A stretch of DNA of 64,000 nt. It comes from an uncultured Acidobacteriota bacterium. Lineage in GTDB: Bacteria; Acidobacteriota; Thermoanaerobaculia; Multivoradales; UBA5704. Of this stretch, positions 36,768 to 49,100 are shown piece by piece (position 1 is the first letter of the stretch; each line of letters begins with the position of its first letter). Under the pieces are notes generated by a model. It did not search any database and was not told the origin of the DNA. It saw only the letters and a program-made list of their open reading frames with translations. A program made the translations under genes and the position numbers. The DNA lies in the NCBI GenBank assembly GCA_963770895.1, contig CAVYRF010000002.1:2080001-2144000 (forward strand), given 5' to 3'.

Positions 36768-36921
36768 CGGGCCGACCTCCTTGTCGCTCTCGCCAGATTG
36801 TCAGTTCGCTCCCCGGAGATGACAAGAACCAGTTTGGCGGCAAGAGGTGATGCCACTACGATGAAGGCATGCGCAAGGCGCCGCCGTTCGCCGGCGCGCA
36901 CCATCTCCCGGATCGAAAGGA

Positions 36922-37485
36922 ATGTCCATGGCACTCACGCAAATTGACGACGTCGCTGCGCTGGTCGTGATCGATCTGCAAAAGGGCGTCGTCGCCCTGC
37001 CGACCGTACACCCGATGAGCGAAATCACCGATCGCGTCGCCCGCCTGGCGCGCGCCTTCCGCGCCCACGGCCTGCCGGTCGTGCTGGTCAACGTGACCGG
37101 CCGCGCTCCGGGACGCACCGAACACACGTTCAACTTTTCACCACCGGTCGACTGGAGCGAGCTGGTGCCCGAGCTGGACCGGCAGCCGACCGACCACACG
37201 GTGACCAAGCAGACGGTCGGCGCCTTCTACGGCACCGCCCTGGAGCAGATCCTGCGCCGGCGCGGCGTCACCCAGGTCTTTCTGGCCGGCGTCGCGACCG
37301 CCAGCGGCGTCGAAGCGACGGCGCGCAACGCTTACGACCACGGCTATCACGTCGCCCTGGTGGTGGACGCCATGACGGATCGGGACGCCGACGCCCACCG
37401 CAACAGCGTCGAAAAAATCTTTCCGCGCATCGGCGAAACCGCCACCACCGACCAGGTGCTGGCGCTCTTGCAGCAGCGGGCCTGA
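36922..37485 (+). CDS. Isochorismatase-family hydrolase (YecD-like)
   Basis: ALVVIDLQ, VTK..GAFYGT, GVATASGVEATAR, DAM. Confidence 0.9.
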   Translation: MSMALTQIDDVAALVVIDLQKGVVALPTVHPMSEITDRVARLARAFRAHGLPVVLVNVTGRAPGRTEHTFNFSPPVDWSELVPELDRQPTDHTVTKQTVGAFYGTALEQILRRRGVTQVFLAGVATASGVEATARNAYDHGYHVALVVDAMTDRDADAHRNSVEKIFPRIGETATTDQVLALLQQRA

Positions 37486-37584
37486 TGGGCAGGTTCCCGC
37501 TCCGCCGCGGCCGCCCGCTGGCATATGCTGGCCGGGCGCCGGCTGGAGCGGTGCCCCTGGCGGTGGGCAAGGAGGCGGACAAGC

Positions 37585-39030
37585 ATGGCAGCGGAATGCA
37601 GGAGCGCTTGCGCGGAGCAGCTATTCAATCGGCTGCATGACCGGCCGGTGGATGCGGCCGCGATTGCCGGTTGCGAAGGGGACAAGGGATCCAAGAACTG
37701 GCCTTGGACCTGGGCGGCGGCGATGGCTTCGGCGCGGCGGTTTGGGGAGCTGGCAAGGAAGTTCACCGACGAGGGCTTCTACTCGACCGAGTTCGGCTCG
37801 GAGCTGTATTGGCCGGACGTGATCGCGGCGCAGATCCAAGGCCTGCGGCAGGCGGTCGCAGCCGGCGACCGCGCGACCGCCGATCTGCTGGCCCCGATCC
37901 TGGGCGGGACGTTCGCCTACCTGGCGGTGACCGCGGTGCCCGGTCCCCGCACGCACACGCTGCTGCGCATGGCAGGTGCTGAGGATGCCACGACGGATGG
38001 CGACGCGCGCCGCTATTCCGGCGGTGTGAGCGTGGCCACTCCGGGTCACCGGTTTCACCCGTCGGTGGTCGCCCAGGGACTGCTGGGGCCGATCCTGGCC
38101 TGGGCGCTGGGATACGCGTCCCGCCTCAGCTTGAAGATCACCGAGGACACGGCCACCAATTTCTGGCCGCTGGCAGCGCTGCAGCTGTCGCTTGGCGCTC
38201 CCTATGGGATGCCGACGCCGGCCGCCGCCTGGGGATTGAGCGACCAGGACCGCACGCTGCTGCGCGGGCTGATCGATGCGAACGACCTGGGCGGGCTCAC
38301 CCACGCGGTCAGCCTGCTGCGCGGATTTCCCCTGGCGGGAGAGCTTGCCATCGAAGTGTGGGGCGCCCAACAAGGCCGCACCTCGCGGCTCAACCATGCG
38401 GTGTCAGGGCTCAAGCCGCAGATCGCGGCGGCGAGCATCGACCGGCAGGGGCAGTACGCGGCCTACGTTCCTGCCGCATTTTTGCGCCTGCAGGCGCCGC
38501 GCGCCCAGTCGGAGGACCTGGGCGATCGCTTCCGGGTTTTCACGCCGCAGGCGTCCTTCGACGTGCCCAAGGTCGGCGGCACGGCGCTCTTCCGCTTCCT
38601 GTGGGACGCGCAGGGCGGCGCGCGCTGGCTCGCACCGAATGCGGCCGACGACGCCGCGCCGCCGCCGGAGCGGCCCCTGCAACCTCAACCCGCACTGCCA
38701 GATCCGCTGCCGCCCGAGCCCGCCCCGCCCGATCCGGCTCTGCCCCAACCCGTCCCGCCGGAGCCGGCGGCGCCCCAGCCCTCCCCGCCGGAGCCGCCGC
38801 CGATGGACCGATCGGCGCTCGGCGCGATTGCGGACGATGTGGCAAAGCTCGGGCTGGCGCGTTCCCAGATCGCGTTGCAGAGCCAGATCGTCAATGAGTT
38901 GCGCGCCGGTCCCAGCCGCCCTCTCAGCCAGATCGCCGATGCCGTGGCGGCGTTCGCAATCGGCGAAGGCCAGGTCCAGGCGCCGCTTTGGCACAGCATC
39001 GTCGATCGCCTCCGGCGCCTTTCCGCATAG
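37585..39030 (+). CDS. Hypothetical protein with Pro-rich linker and small C-terminal helical domain
   Basis: AAGGAGG RBS before ATG 37585; PPEP-type repeats at about 38660-38800. Confidence 0.6.
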   Translation: MAAECRSACAEQLFNRLHDRPVDAAAIAGCEGDKGSKNWPWTWAAAMASARRFGELARKFTDEGFYSTEFGSELYWPDVIAAQIQGLRQAVAAGDRATADLLAPILGGTFAYLAVTAVPGPRTHTLLRMAGAEDATTDGDARRYSGGVSVATPGHRFHPSVVAQGLLGPILAWALGYASRLSLKITEDTATNFWPLAALQLSLGAPYGMPTPAAAWGLSDQDRTLLRGLIDANDLGGLTHAVSLLRGFPLAGELAIEVWGAQQGRTSRLNHAVSGLKPQIAAASIDRQGQYAAYVPAAFLRLQAPRAQSEDLGDRFRVFTPQASFDVPKVGGTALFRFLWDAQGGARWLAPNAADDAAPPPERPLQPQPALPDPLPPEPAPPDPALPQPVPPEPAAPQPSPPEPPPMDRSALGAIADDVAKLGLARSQIALQSQIVNELRAGPSRPLSQIADAVAAFAIGEGQVQAPLWHSIVDRLRRLSA

Positions 39031-39147
39031 ATCCGCGACGGAAGCAGCCGGGCTGGCGGGCTCGGGTTGCGTGCTGAATATTGGCGTAATTATTGCAACG
39101 ATAATGATGTGAAGCTCACCCTTCTTTCTTACTGATCGGAGACAGAA

Positions 39148-39591
39148 ATGAAGCGACAAATGGCTTTGGGCCTTGTGGTACTGGCTTGCTTGCTGATGGG
39201 CGCGGCGCCCGCCCCCGCCGCCGAAAAGACGGCAGTTTGTACGATGGACTTCACTCTCGAAGGCTGGTCGGTGGGTTACAAGACCGCCAAGGGCGCGGGC
39301 ACGATCACCTGTGACAACGGCCAGACGGCACAGGTGAAGCTCCATGCGGTCGGCGGCGGCCTGACCGCCGGAAAGTACGCGGTCCGCGACGGTCGGGGCA
39401 AATTCACTCAGGTCGCGGACATCGATGAACTGTTCGGCGACTACGCCAGCGCCGGCGCCGCCGCGGGCGCGGGCGAATCTGCCGAAGCGCAGGCCCTCAC
39501 CAAGGGCGAGGTCTCGCTGGCGCTGACCGGCAAGGGGACGGGCGTGCAGCTCGGCGTCAGCGTTGGCAAGTTTACGATTCACAAGATCTAG
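39148..39591 (+). CDS. Small secreted beta-rich hypothetical protein
   Basis: Signal peptide ending APA-AE; two Cys; Gly-rich strands; GGAG RBS. Confidence 0.7.
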   Translation: MKRQMALGLVVLACLLMGAAPAPAAEKTAVCTMDFTLEGWSVGYKTAKGAGTITCDNGQTAQVKLHAVGGGLTAGKYAVRDGRGKFTQVADIDELFGDYASAGAAAGAGESAEAQALTKGEVSLALTGKGTGVQLGVSVGKFTIHKI

Positions 39592-39822
39592 AAGAATCAA
39601 TCACAAAGCGAACTGATCAAAAGATGGGGCGTGCCGCTGCTGACCGTGATCGGCAGCCGCGCGCCTCGCGCGATTTGATAGCAGTCTTGGCCGGCGATCG
39701 CCGCTATCGAAATCCCGTGGCTCGAACATTGCAGATTAAGGCTGGGAGCGGAGTAGGGGCCTGCGCCCGCAGGCGACGCTTCCGCGCAAGCCAAGTAGGC
39801 TCTTGAGGAAAGAAGGGAAACC

Positions 39823-39903
39823 ATGGAGCTGATTCTGATCGTGGTCATCGTCGTACTGCTGTTGGGCGGTGGTGGCTGGGGATATAGAAGGTGGCGACGT
39901 TGA
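39823..39903 (+). CDS. 26-aa single-TM microprotein (DUF3309-like)
   Basis: Hand translation MELILIVVIVVLLLGGGGWGYRRWRR*; purine-rich RBS GAAGGGAAA; below the ORF-track cut-off. Confidence 0.7.
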   Translation: MELILIVVIVVLLLGGGGWGYRRWRR

Positions 39904-40154
39904 TCCTCGCCTGAAGAGAACCGACCCGCTTGCGCCTCGTCCACGACGCGGCGCAGGGCGTTAGGCAGCGATTTCGCTGACGCGGAATCGCTGCTCCTGC
40001 CACGACCGGCCGCATCCTGATCTTGAGCCTTACGTTGTTCCAGAAAGCGCTTTGCGCGATTCGCTACGATTGCGCCTGCGTGCGGTATCCGTCCGTCCCT
40101 CCGCCGGCACCTTGCACTACAGTATTGGGCGCGTTTCATCTCACGGGAGAGCCT

Positions 40155-43100
40155 GTGTTGGCGGAAACAACCGACCAGAGTACGGACCGGCGGCGCGAAG
40201 CCCTGTCGGGGGCGCTGCGCCGCCAGGTGGCGCAGATCCTGGACACCGATCCCGCGGGTCTTCCGCTGGACCGTCCGCTGGTGGCGCTGGGGGTTGATTC
40301 GCTGGCAGCGGCCGAGCTTGCGGAAGCGATCGAGTCCACCTTTGGCGTGCGGCTGGAGCTTGCCGAGCTGTTCGCCGGCCTGACGCTGGACGAGCTGGCG
40401 GAGCGCATCTGGACGGCCGGCCCGCTGTCTGGCGCCGGGGCGGCAGCTGGGGCGGCGCCGCAGGGCGCTTCGGCTCACCAAGCGTCGCCCGCGGCGGCGG
40501 CCGAGCGGCTGTCGTGGGGACAGCGGGCACTCTGGCTGGTGGACCGGCTGGCGCCGGGCAACCCCGCCTACGTCATAGCCGGTGCGGCGCGGGTGCGCGG
40601 GGCGCTGGACGTGCCGCGCTTCCGCCGGGCGGTCGAGCAGCTGGTGGCGCGGCATGCGGCGCTGCGCGCCAACCTTGTGGAGTCCGGCGAAGGCGCCGAC
40701 GCGGTGGCGCTGGTGACGCGCGCCGAGCCGACCTGCGACTTTCGCGAGGTGGATGCCGACGGCGACAGCGACCAGGACGTGGCCGCGACGCTGGCGCGCC
40801 TGGCATACGCGCCGTTCGACCTGGCGGCGGAGCCGCTGCTGCGCGTGGTGCTCTGCCACCGCGGCGCGGATGATCCCTGGCTGGCGATCGCGGTGCATCA
40901 CGTGGTGGCCGACTTCGCGTCGATGGGCATCCTGGTGGACCAACTGGGCGCGCTGTATCGCGGCGAGCGATTGGCGCCGCTCGCCGCCACCTACCAGGAC
41001 TTCGTGCGCGCCGAAGCGGAGCTCCTGGCATCGCCGGAAGGCGAGCGCCTTGCGGAGCACTGGCGGCAGGCGTTGCCGCCGGGGCTGCCGGCGCTGGACC
41101 TGCCGACCGATCGGCCGCGGCCGGCGCTGCAGACGTTCCGCGGCGCGACGCGCGAGATGCGGCTGCCGGCCGCGGTTTCGGCGCGGCTGCGGTCGCTCGC
41201 CGCGGAGCTGGGCGCGACGCCGTTCATGGCGCTGCTGGCGGTGTTCCTGGTGCTGATGGAGCGCCAGACCGGCCAGGAGCAGGTGCTGGTGGGCACGCCG
41301 ACGTCGGGCCGGCCGGGGGCGGCGTTCACCGGGGTCGTGGGCTACTTCGTCAATCCGGTGGTGGTGCGGGGCGACCTGTCCGGCGACCCGGCGTTTGCCA
41401 CGGTGCTGGCCCGCGTGCGGGAATCCGTGCTGGCGGCCCTGGCGCATCAACGGTTGCCGTTCCCGCTCATCGCCGAGCGGCTGGCGGCGGAGCGCGACCC
41501 CAGCCGGCCGCCGGTGTTCCAGGCGATGTTCGGGCTCTACCGGGAGCGCCACGGCGCCGATGCCGGTCTCACCGGCCTGGCGCTGGGCGCCAGCGGCATC
41601 GGCCTGGACCTGGGCGGCCTCGACCTCGCATCGGAGGCGCTGGCACGGCCGGGAGCGCAGTTCGAGCTCAACCTGGCGATGGGGGACACCGGCGGCGCGT
41701 TCGCCGGCGCTCTGGAGTACAACGCCGACCTGTTCGATGCGGCGACCGCGTTGCGCTTGCTCGGCCAGCTGACGGTGCTGGCGACGGCGGTCGCCGGCGA
41801 CGGCGAAGGCGCCGGCATCCCCGGCGCGGCCGGCGCCGCTGGCGTCGCCGATCGACGGATCTCACAGCTGCCGCTGCTGAGCGCCGCCGAGGCGCAACAG
41901 CTGCGCGAGTGGAACGACACGTCGGCGGCGTTTCCCGGCGAGCCCTGCCTGCACGAGCTGATCGCGGCGCAGGCGGCGCGGACGCCCGGCGTCAAGGCGG
42001 TCGAGGCGGCAGGGGCGGACGGCAGGTGGGCGAGCCTCACCTACCGCGAGCTGGAGGCGCGCGCCTCGCACCTCGCCGGCCGGCTGCGCCGCCTCGGGGT
42101 GGGGCCGGACACGGTGGTGGCGATCACGGCGGAGCGGTCGCTGGGCCTGATGGTGGGACTGCTCGGCATTCTCAAGGCGGGCGGCGCCTACCTGCCGCTC
42201 GACCCGGAGTACCCGCGCGACCGCCTCGACTACATGCTGCGCGACTCCGGCGCGCGGGTGCTGCTGGTCCAGGGCGCGATGGCGCGGCCGCCGGCGGAGG
42301 GGCCGGCGGTGACCCTGCTGCTGGACGACCCGGCGGCGCCGGCGCCCGGCCGGGGCGGCGATCCGCCGCGGGCGCCCGGCGCCGCGCCGGCGGCCCGGCC
42401 CGACAACCTGGCCTACGTGATCTATACCTCGGGTTCGAGCGGGCGGCCGAAGGGGACGATGAACTCCCACCGGGGGATCGTCAACCGCCTGACCTGGATG
42501 CGCCAGCAGTTCCCGCTAGGCCCCGGCGATCGGGTGCTGCAGAAGACGCCGGCGGGCTTCGACGTGTCGGTGTGGGAACTGTTCTGGCCACTGCTGACCG
42601 GCGCTCGGCTGGTGATGGCGGCTCCCGGTGGCCATCGCGACAGTGCCTACCTGCTGCGCACCCTCGCCGAGCGGCAGATCACCTACGCCCACTTCGTGCC
42701 GGCGATGCTGCGAGTGTTCCTGGACCATCTCGAAGGCGACCCGCCCCCGACGGCCGCCCGCTCGCGGTTGCGGCGGCCGCTGCCGCGGCTCCAATGCATC
42801 CTGGCGAGCGGCGAGGCGCTGCCTTACGACGTCCAGCAGCGGTGCCACGCGCTGCTCGGCGTGCCGCTGCACAATCTCTACGGCCCGACCGAAGCGGCGG
42901 TCGAGGTCACACGGTGGGCGTGCGTGCCGACCGGTGCGCCGGCCGACCCGGAGGCGCCACGGCCGGTGGTGCCCATCGGGCGGCCGTTGGCCAACACCTC
43001 GATCCACCTGCTGGACCGGTGGGGTGGCAAGGTGCCGGCCGGCGTGCCCGGTGAGCTGCACATCGGCGGCGTGCAGCTGGCGCGCGGCTACCTGGGGCGC

Positions 43101-46100
43101 CCCGAGCTGACCGCCGAGAAGTTCGTGCCCGACCCGTACGCCCAGCTGGGCGGACAGCGCCTGTACCGCAGCGGCGACGTGGCGCGCCACCGGACCGACG
43201 GCGCCATCGAGTTCCTCGGCCGCGCCGACAACCAGGTGAAGATCCGCGGCGTCCGCACCGAGCTCGGCGAGATCGAGGCCGCGCTGGCGCGCCATCCGGC
43301 GGTGGCGGAGGCGTTGGCGGTCGCCGTTGCCGCCGCCGGCGACGCCGACGGTCCGCGTCTTGCGGCCTACCTGGTGCTCACCGGGGCGCCGCCGGGCGAC
43401 CCGGAGGTGGTTGCCGGGAGCGGCGGCAGCGGCCCCGAGGCGCTCATCGCCGAGCTGCGCCGGAGCCTGCGGGAAAGCCTGCCGGAGCCCATGGTGCCGG
43501 CGGCCTTCATGGTCCTGGCGGCGCTGCCGTTGTCGGCCAACGGCAAGCTCGACCGCAAGGCGCTGCCGGCGCCGGATTGGGGCACGGCCGCGGCTGCCGC
43601 GTCCCGGCGTCCCGGCGCGCTCACGCCCACCGAAACGATCCTGGCCGGCATCTGGGCCGAGCTGCTCGGCCGCGAGGAGGTCGCCGCCGAAGACAGCTTC
43701 TTCGACCTGGGGGGCCACTCGCTGCTGGCCACCCGCCTGGTGTCGCGGGTACGGCGAGCGTTCGGCATCGAGCTGCCGCTGGGCCGCGTGTTTGCCCGCC
43801 CGACGCTGGGGGCGCTGGCCGGCGACATCGCCGCGCGCATCGCCGACGGCGCTGCCGCGGGCTCCGGCGACTCGCTCGGCGCCCGCGGCTCCGCCGGCGG
43901 CGGCACCACCACCGCCGCTCCCACCGCCCGCCGGGCGCGCCGCGCCGCCCTGGCCCGGCGCGCCGATGCCGCCACCGGCGCCACCGGTGCCGCCGCCGCG
44001 CGTGCCGCGCTCCTGGAGGATCGCGTCGCCGCCATCGGGCGGGGAGCCGACCCGGCCCAGGCCGCGGCGACCCTGGCCGGCATCTGGGCCGAGCTGCTGG
44101 AGCACGCAGAGATCGCCGCCCAGGACAACTTCTTCGACCTGGGGGGCCATTCGCTGTTGGCCAACCGCCTGGTGTCGCGGGTACGGCAGACGTTCGGCGT
44201 CGAGCTGCCGCTCAACAGCGCCTTCGCCAACCCGACGCTGGCGGCGATGGCAGGCGAGATCGTGGCCCGGATGTCCGGCGGCGGCGATGCCGCCGCCGAT
44301 TCCTCGCTTCCGGCGGCGTTGGCGGACGGTTCCGCCGCAACCGTCCTGTCGTTCGCCCAGGAGCGCATCTGGTTCGTCTCCCAGCTGGCGCCGGACTCCG
44401 CCGGGTACAACATGCCCGGCACCCTGCGGCTGCGCGGCAGGCTCGCAGCGCCGGAATACAAAGCGCTGGCCGGCGCCCTGCAGGAGATCGTCCGCCGCCA
44501 CGAGGTCCTGCGCTCGACCTACCCTGCCGGCGCCGACGACTCGGGGCTGCCCCTGCAGGTGGTGTCGCCCGACTGCGGCGTCGCCCTGCCGCTGATTGAC
44601 CTGACGGGACTGGTGCAGGCCGCCGCCGCGACCGGCGAGGCCGTGGCGGCGGCGCTTGGCCGCCAGCCCTTCTTGCTGGCGACCGGACCGCTGCTGCGCA
44701 CCGCCCTGCTGCGGCTGGCCGCCGACGATCACCTGCTGGTGGTCGTCTTGCACCACATCGTCGGCGACGGCTGGTCGGTCGGGATCTTCCTGCGCGAGCT
44801 GGCACAGCTGCACGCCGCCTTCGCCGCCGGCGAGCCGTCGCCGCTGCCCGAGCTGGCGCTGCAGTACGCGGACTTCGCCCGCTGGCAGCGCCGCTGGCTG
44901 AACGACGCGGCGCTGGCCGCGCCGCTCGCCTTCTGGCGGCAGGCGCTGGCCGGCGCCCCGGCCCGTCTGGCGCTGCCCACCGACCGGCCGCGGCCGGCGA
45001 CGCAGAGCTCGCGCGGCGCGCGGCTGACGCTGCCCGTCCCGGAAGCGATGGAGTCGGAGCTGCGGCGCGTGGCGCGCCGCGACGGCGCCACCCTGTTCAT
45101 GGTGCTGCTGGCGGCCTTCGACCTGCTCCTCTGGCGGTGGTCCGGCGAAGCGGACCTGGTGGTGGGCGTGCCGGTGGCCAACCGCGACCGCCTGGAGATC
45201 GAAGGCCTGATCGGTTGCTTCGTCAACACCCTGGCGCTGCGCGTCGACGTGGCCGGCAATCCCACCCTGGCGGAGGTCCTGGCGCGGGCGCGCCAGGCCA
45301 GCCTGGCAGCCTTCGCGCACCAGGAGATGCCCTTCGAGCAGCTGGTCGAAGCGCTGGCGCCGCGGCGCGATCCGAGCGCGACGCCGCTGTTCCAGGTGGC
45401 GCTCGCGGTGCAGGGCCGCTGGGAGGGCATGACGCCTGCCGGGATCGGGCACTGGCTGCGCCTGGAGCCGCGTCCGGTCGACATCGGCGTCGCCAAGTTC
45501 GACCTCACCGTGGAGGCGGAGGAAGCTCCAGGCTACCTGTCCCTGGCGTTCGAGTACTGTCGCGACCTTTTCGACCCGGCCACGATGCTGCGCCTCGCGT
45601 CGAGGTTCGGCAGGATGCTCGACGTCCTGACGTCGGGCGACGTGCAGCGCGGCAGCGCCGATCTGGACCTGCTCGCCGAGGCCGAGCGCCATCAGCTGCT
45701 GGTCGAATGGGCCGGCGGCGCCGCCGCCTGGTCGCCGCCGACCACCTTGCACGAGGCGTTCGCGATGCAGGCGCGGCGGCAGCCGGCGGCGGTGGCGCTG
45801 ACCTGCGGCGGTGCCTCGCTGACCTGGGGTGAGCTCGACCGGCGCTCAACTCGGCTGGCGCGCCGCCTGCGCCGGATGGGGGTGGGGCCGGAGGTGTGCG
45901 TGGCGGTGTGGCTGGATCGCTCGCCGGAGATGGTGGTGGCCCTGCTCGGCGTGCTCAAAAGCGGCGGTGCCTATGTGCCTTTCGACGCGAGCTTCCCGCG
46001 CCGGCGGTGGGAACGCATCCTGATCGAGACCGGCGCGACGGTCCTGCTGACCCGCGAGGGTCGGCGCGAGTCGCTGCCGCTCGACCCGGCGGCGTACGGT

Positions 46101-49100
46101 GTCAGCGTGCTCTGCCTCGACGGAGCCGACCCGGCCGCGAGCGCCGATCCGGACAGCGCAGGCAATGAGATGGACGGGAACGCCGGCGCCGATCGCGACA
46201 TCGCTCGTCTGGCGGCCGGACCCGACAACCTGGCGTACGTGATGTACACCTCCGGTTCGAGCGGCGAGCCCAAGGGCGTTGGCGTGGTGCATCGCGGCGT
46301 GGTTCGCCTGGTACGGGACAACCGGCTTTTCGATTTCGGCCCCGGCCAGGTGTTCCTCCAGGTGTTGCCGCTCGCTTTCGACGCCTCGACGCTGGAGATC
46401 TGGGGGCCGCTGCTCAACGGCAACCGTCTGGTGCTCTTCCCGCCAGGGCTGCCCGACCGCGACGGCCTGCGCGAGGTGGTCGAGCGCCAGGGCGTCACCG
46501 CCATCGTGCTGACCACCAGCCTTTTCCACCAGCTGGCCGAGGGCGGCCTCGGCGCTTTGCGGTCGCTGTGCCAACTGGTGACCGGCGGCGAAGCGCTGTC
46601 GCCACCGCTCGCGCATCGGGCCTGGCGTGAGCTGCCCGCCACCGTCCTGATCAACGCCTATGGCCCGACCGAGGGCACCGTGGCCGCGGCCTGCTACCCG
46701 ATGCGCGGTGCGGCCTTGCCGGCCGGCGACGGCCCGCGGGCGCCGGCGGCGAGCGGTGGCGCGGTCCCCATCGGCAGGCCCATCGCCGACACGACAATCC
46801 GTGTCTGCGACCGCTCCGGCCAGCCGGTCCCTGCCGGCGTCGCGGGCGAGATCCTGATCGGCGGCGGCGGCCTGGCGCGCGGTTATCTCGGGAGGCCGGA
46901 CCTTACCGCTGAGCGTTTTGTCCCCGACCCCTGGAGCGGCCACGGCGCCGCGGCAGCGGCAGGCGCCGGCTGGCGGCTCTATCGCACCGGCGATCTCGCC
47001 CGCTGGTTGCCCGACGGCAACCTGGAATTCCTCGGCCGCATCGACCATCAGGTCAAGCTGCGCGGTTTCCGCATCGAGCCCGGCGAGATCGAGGCCTGCC
47101 TGGTGCGCCATCCGGATGTCGAGCGCGGCGTGGTGCAGGTCCGCGAGGCGGCGCCCGGCGACCGGCGCCTGGTGGCGTACGTGGTGCCCAAAGCCGGTGC
47201 GGCGGCCTCGCCCGAGTTCGTTGGCGCCTTGCGCACCGCCCTCGCCCATGAGCTGCCCGCCTTCATGGTGCCCGCGGCCTTCGTTTTTCTGGCGGCGCTG
47301 CCGCTGACGATGAGCGGCAAGCTCGATGCCAGGGCGCTGCCGCCGCCGGTCTGGGGCGCGCCGGCGGGCGCCGCCTCCTTCATCGCCCCGCGCACTCCGA
47401 CCGAACAGCTGGTCGCCGACCTGTGGGCCGAGCTGCTGGCCGTCCCTGCGGTGGGCGCCGGCGACGATTTCTTCGCTCTCGGCGGCCACTCGCTGTTGGC
47501 GGTCCGCGCCGTCGCCCGGTTGCGCGAGGTGCTGGGCGTCGAGATCCCCTTGGCCCGGCACTTCGAGCTGCCGCGGCTGGCGGACCTGGCTCGGGAGCTC
47601 GATGCCCTGGGCCGGCAGGCGCTGGCTGTCCCGCTGGTCCGCCTGCGGCAGCGGGCGGCGCTGCCGCTGTCCTTTGGCCAGGAGCGGCTCTGGTTCCTGG
47701 ACCGTCTGGCGCCCGGAAGTCCGGCCTACAACGTCCCGGCCGCGCTCGGTCTGCGCGGGTGCCTCCATCGCGCCGCCCTGGCGGCGAGCCTGGGCGCCAT
47801 CCGCCAGCGGCACGAGGTGCTGCGCACCACCTTTGTCGAGCGCGACGGCGGCGTCGTGGCGGTGGTTGCCGGCGACGCGACGCCGTGCGCCATGGCGCTG
47901 CCCTTGATCGACCTGCGGGCGCTTCCCGCCGATCTGCGCGCCCGCGTGGCGAGCGAGCTGGCCGCCGGCGAGGCCCGGCGTGCCTTCGACCTGGCCGCCG
48001 GACCGTTGCTGCGGGCCGTCCTGTTGCGTCTGGCCGGCGTCGGCGACGACGCGGAGCACTGGCTGCTGCTGACGCTGCATCACATCGTCAGCGACGGCTG
48101 GTCGGTCGACATCCTGGCCCGCGAGCTGAGCTTCCTGTACCGCGGTGCCCTGGCTGCCCCAGGGGTCAGCGGCGGCGCGGCCCAGGGGTTGCTGCCGTCG
48201 CTGCCCATTCAGTATGCCGACTTCGCGGCCTGGCAACGCGCCTGGCTGACCGGCGAGACGCTGGCCGTCGAGCTGCGCTTCTGGCGGCGGCAGCTCGCCG
48301 GCGAGCGCGGCCTGCCGCCGGCGCTGGTGGTGCCGCTCGACCGGCCGCGCCCGGCGGGACCGACCGAGCGCGGCGCCCGGCGCGCCTGGTCCGTGCCGCA
48401 GTCCTGCCTGGACGGGCTGTCGGCGGCGGCGCGCCGCCACGGCGCCACGCTCTTCATGCTGCTGCTGGCGGCGTTCGACACCCTGCTGCTGCGCCACGGC
48501 GGCGAAAGCGACCTGGCGGTCGGCACGCCGGTCGCCAACCGCGACCGGTTGGAGACGCAGGACCTGGTCGGCCTGTTCGTCAACACGCTGGTGCTGCGTG
48601 TCGACGCCGGGGGCGATCCCAGCTTCGCCGAGCTCGTGGGGCGCGCCCGCCGCACCGCCATGGATGCGTATGCCCACCAGGATCTGCCATTCGACAAGCT
48701 GGTCGGCGAGCTGGCGCCGCAGCGTCGCGCCGGGGCGCCGGACACGCCGTTCTTCCAGGTCGCCCTGGCGCTGCAGACCAGCCCGCCGGCGCTCACTCTC
48801 CCCGGCCTGCGCGCTCAGGCGCTGGACTTCGACAGCGGCACGGCCAAGTTCGATCTGTCGCTGTCGATCTTCGGCCGCGATGGGGACGGCCTGGCCGGGA
48901 CGTGGACCTATCGCAGCGAGCTGTTCGATGCGGCGACCGTCGCGCGGCTGGGTGGCCAGCTGGGACATCTGCTGGCCGCTGTCGCCGGCAACGCCGGCGG
49001 TGCCACCGGCGCCGGCGGGTGGCACCGCCGGCTCGCCGATCTGCCGCTGCTGGGCACCGGTGAGCGCCACCAAGTGCTGGTGGAGTGGAACGTCGCCGAC

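Noticed and set aside
37280-37330. Isochorismatase lacking the catalytic Cys (ATASGVE)
   Set aside because: Gly at this position is a known feature of YecD-like members
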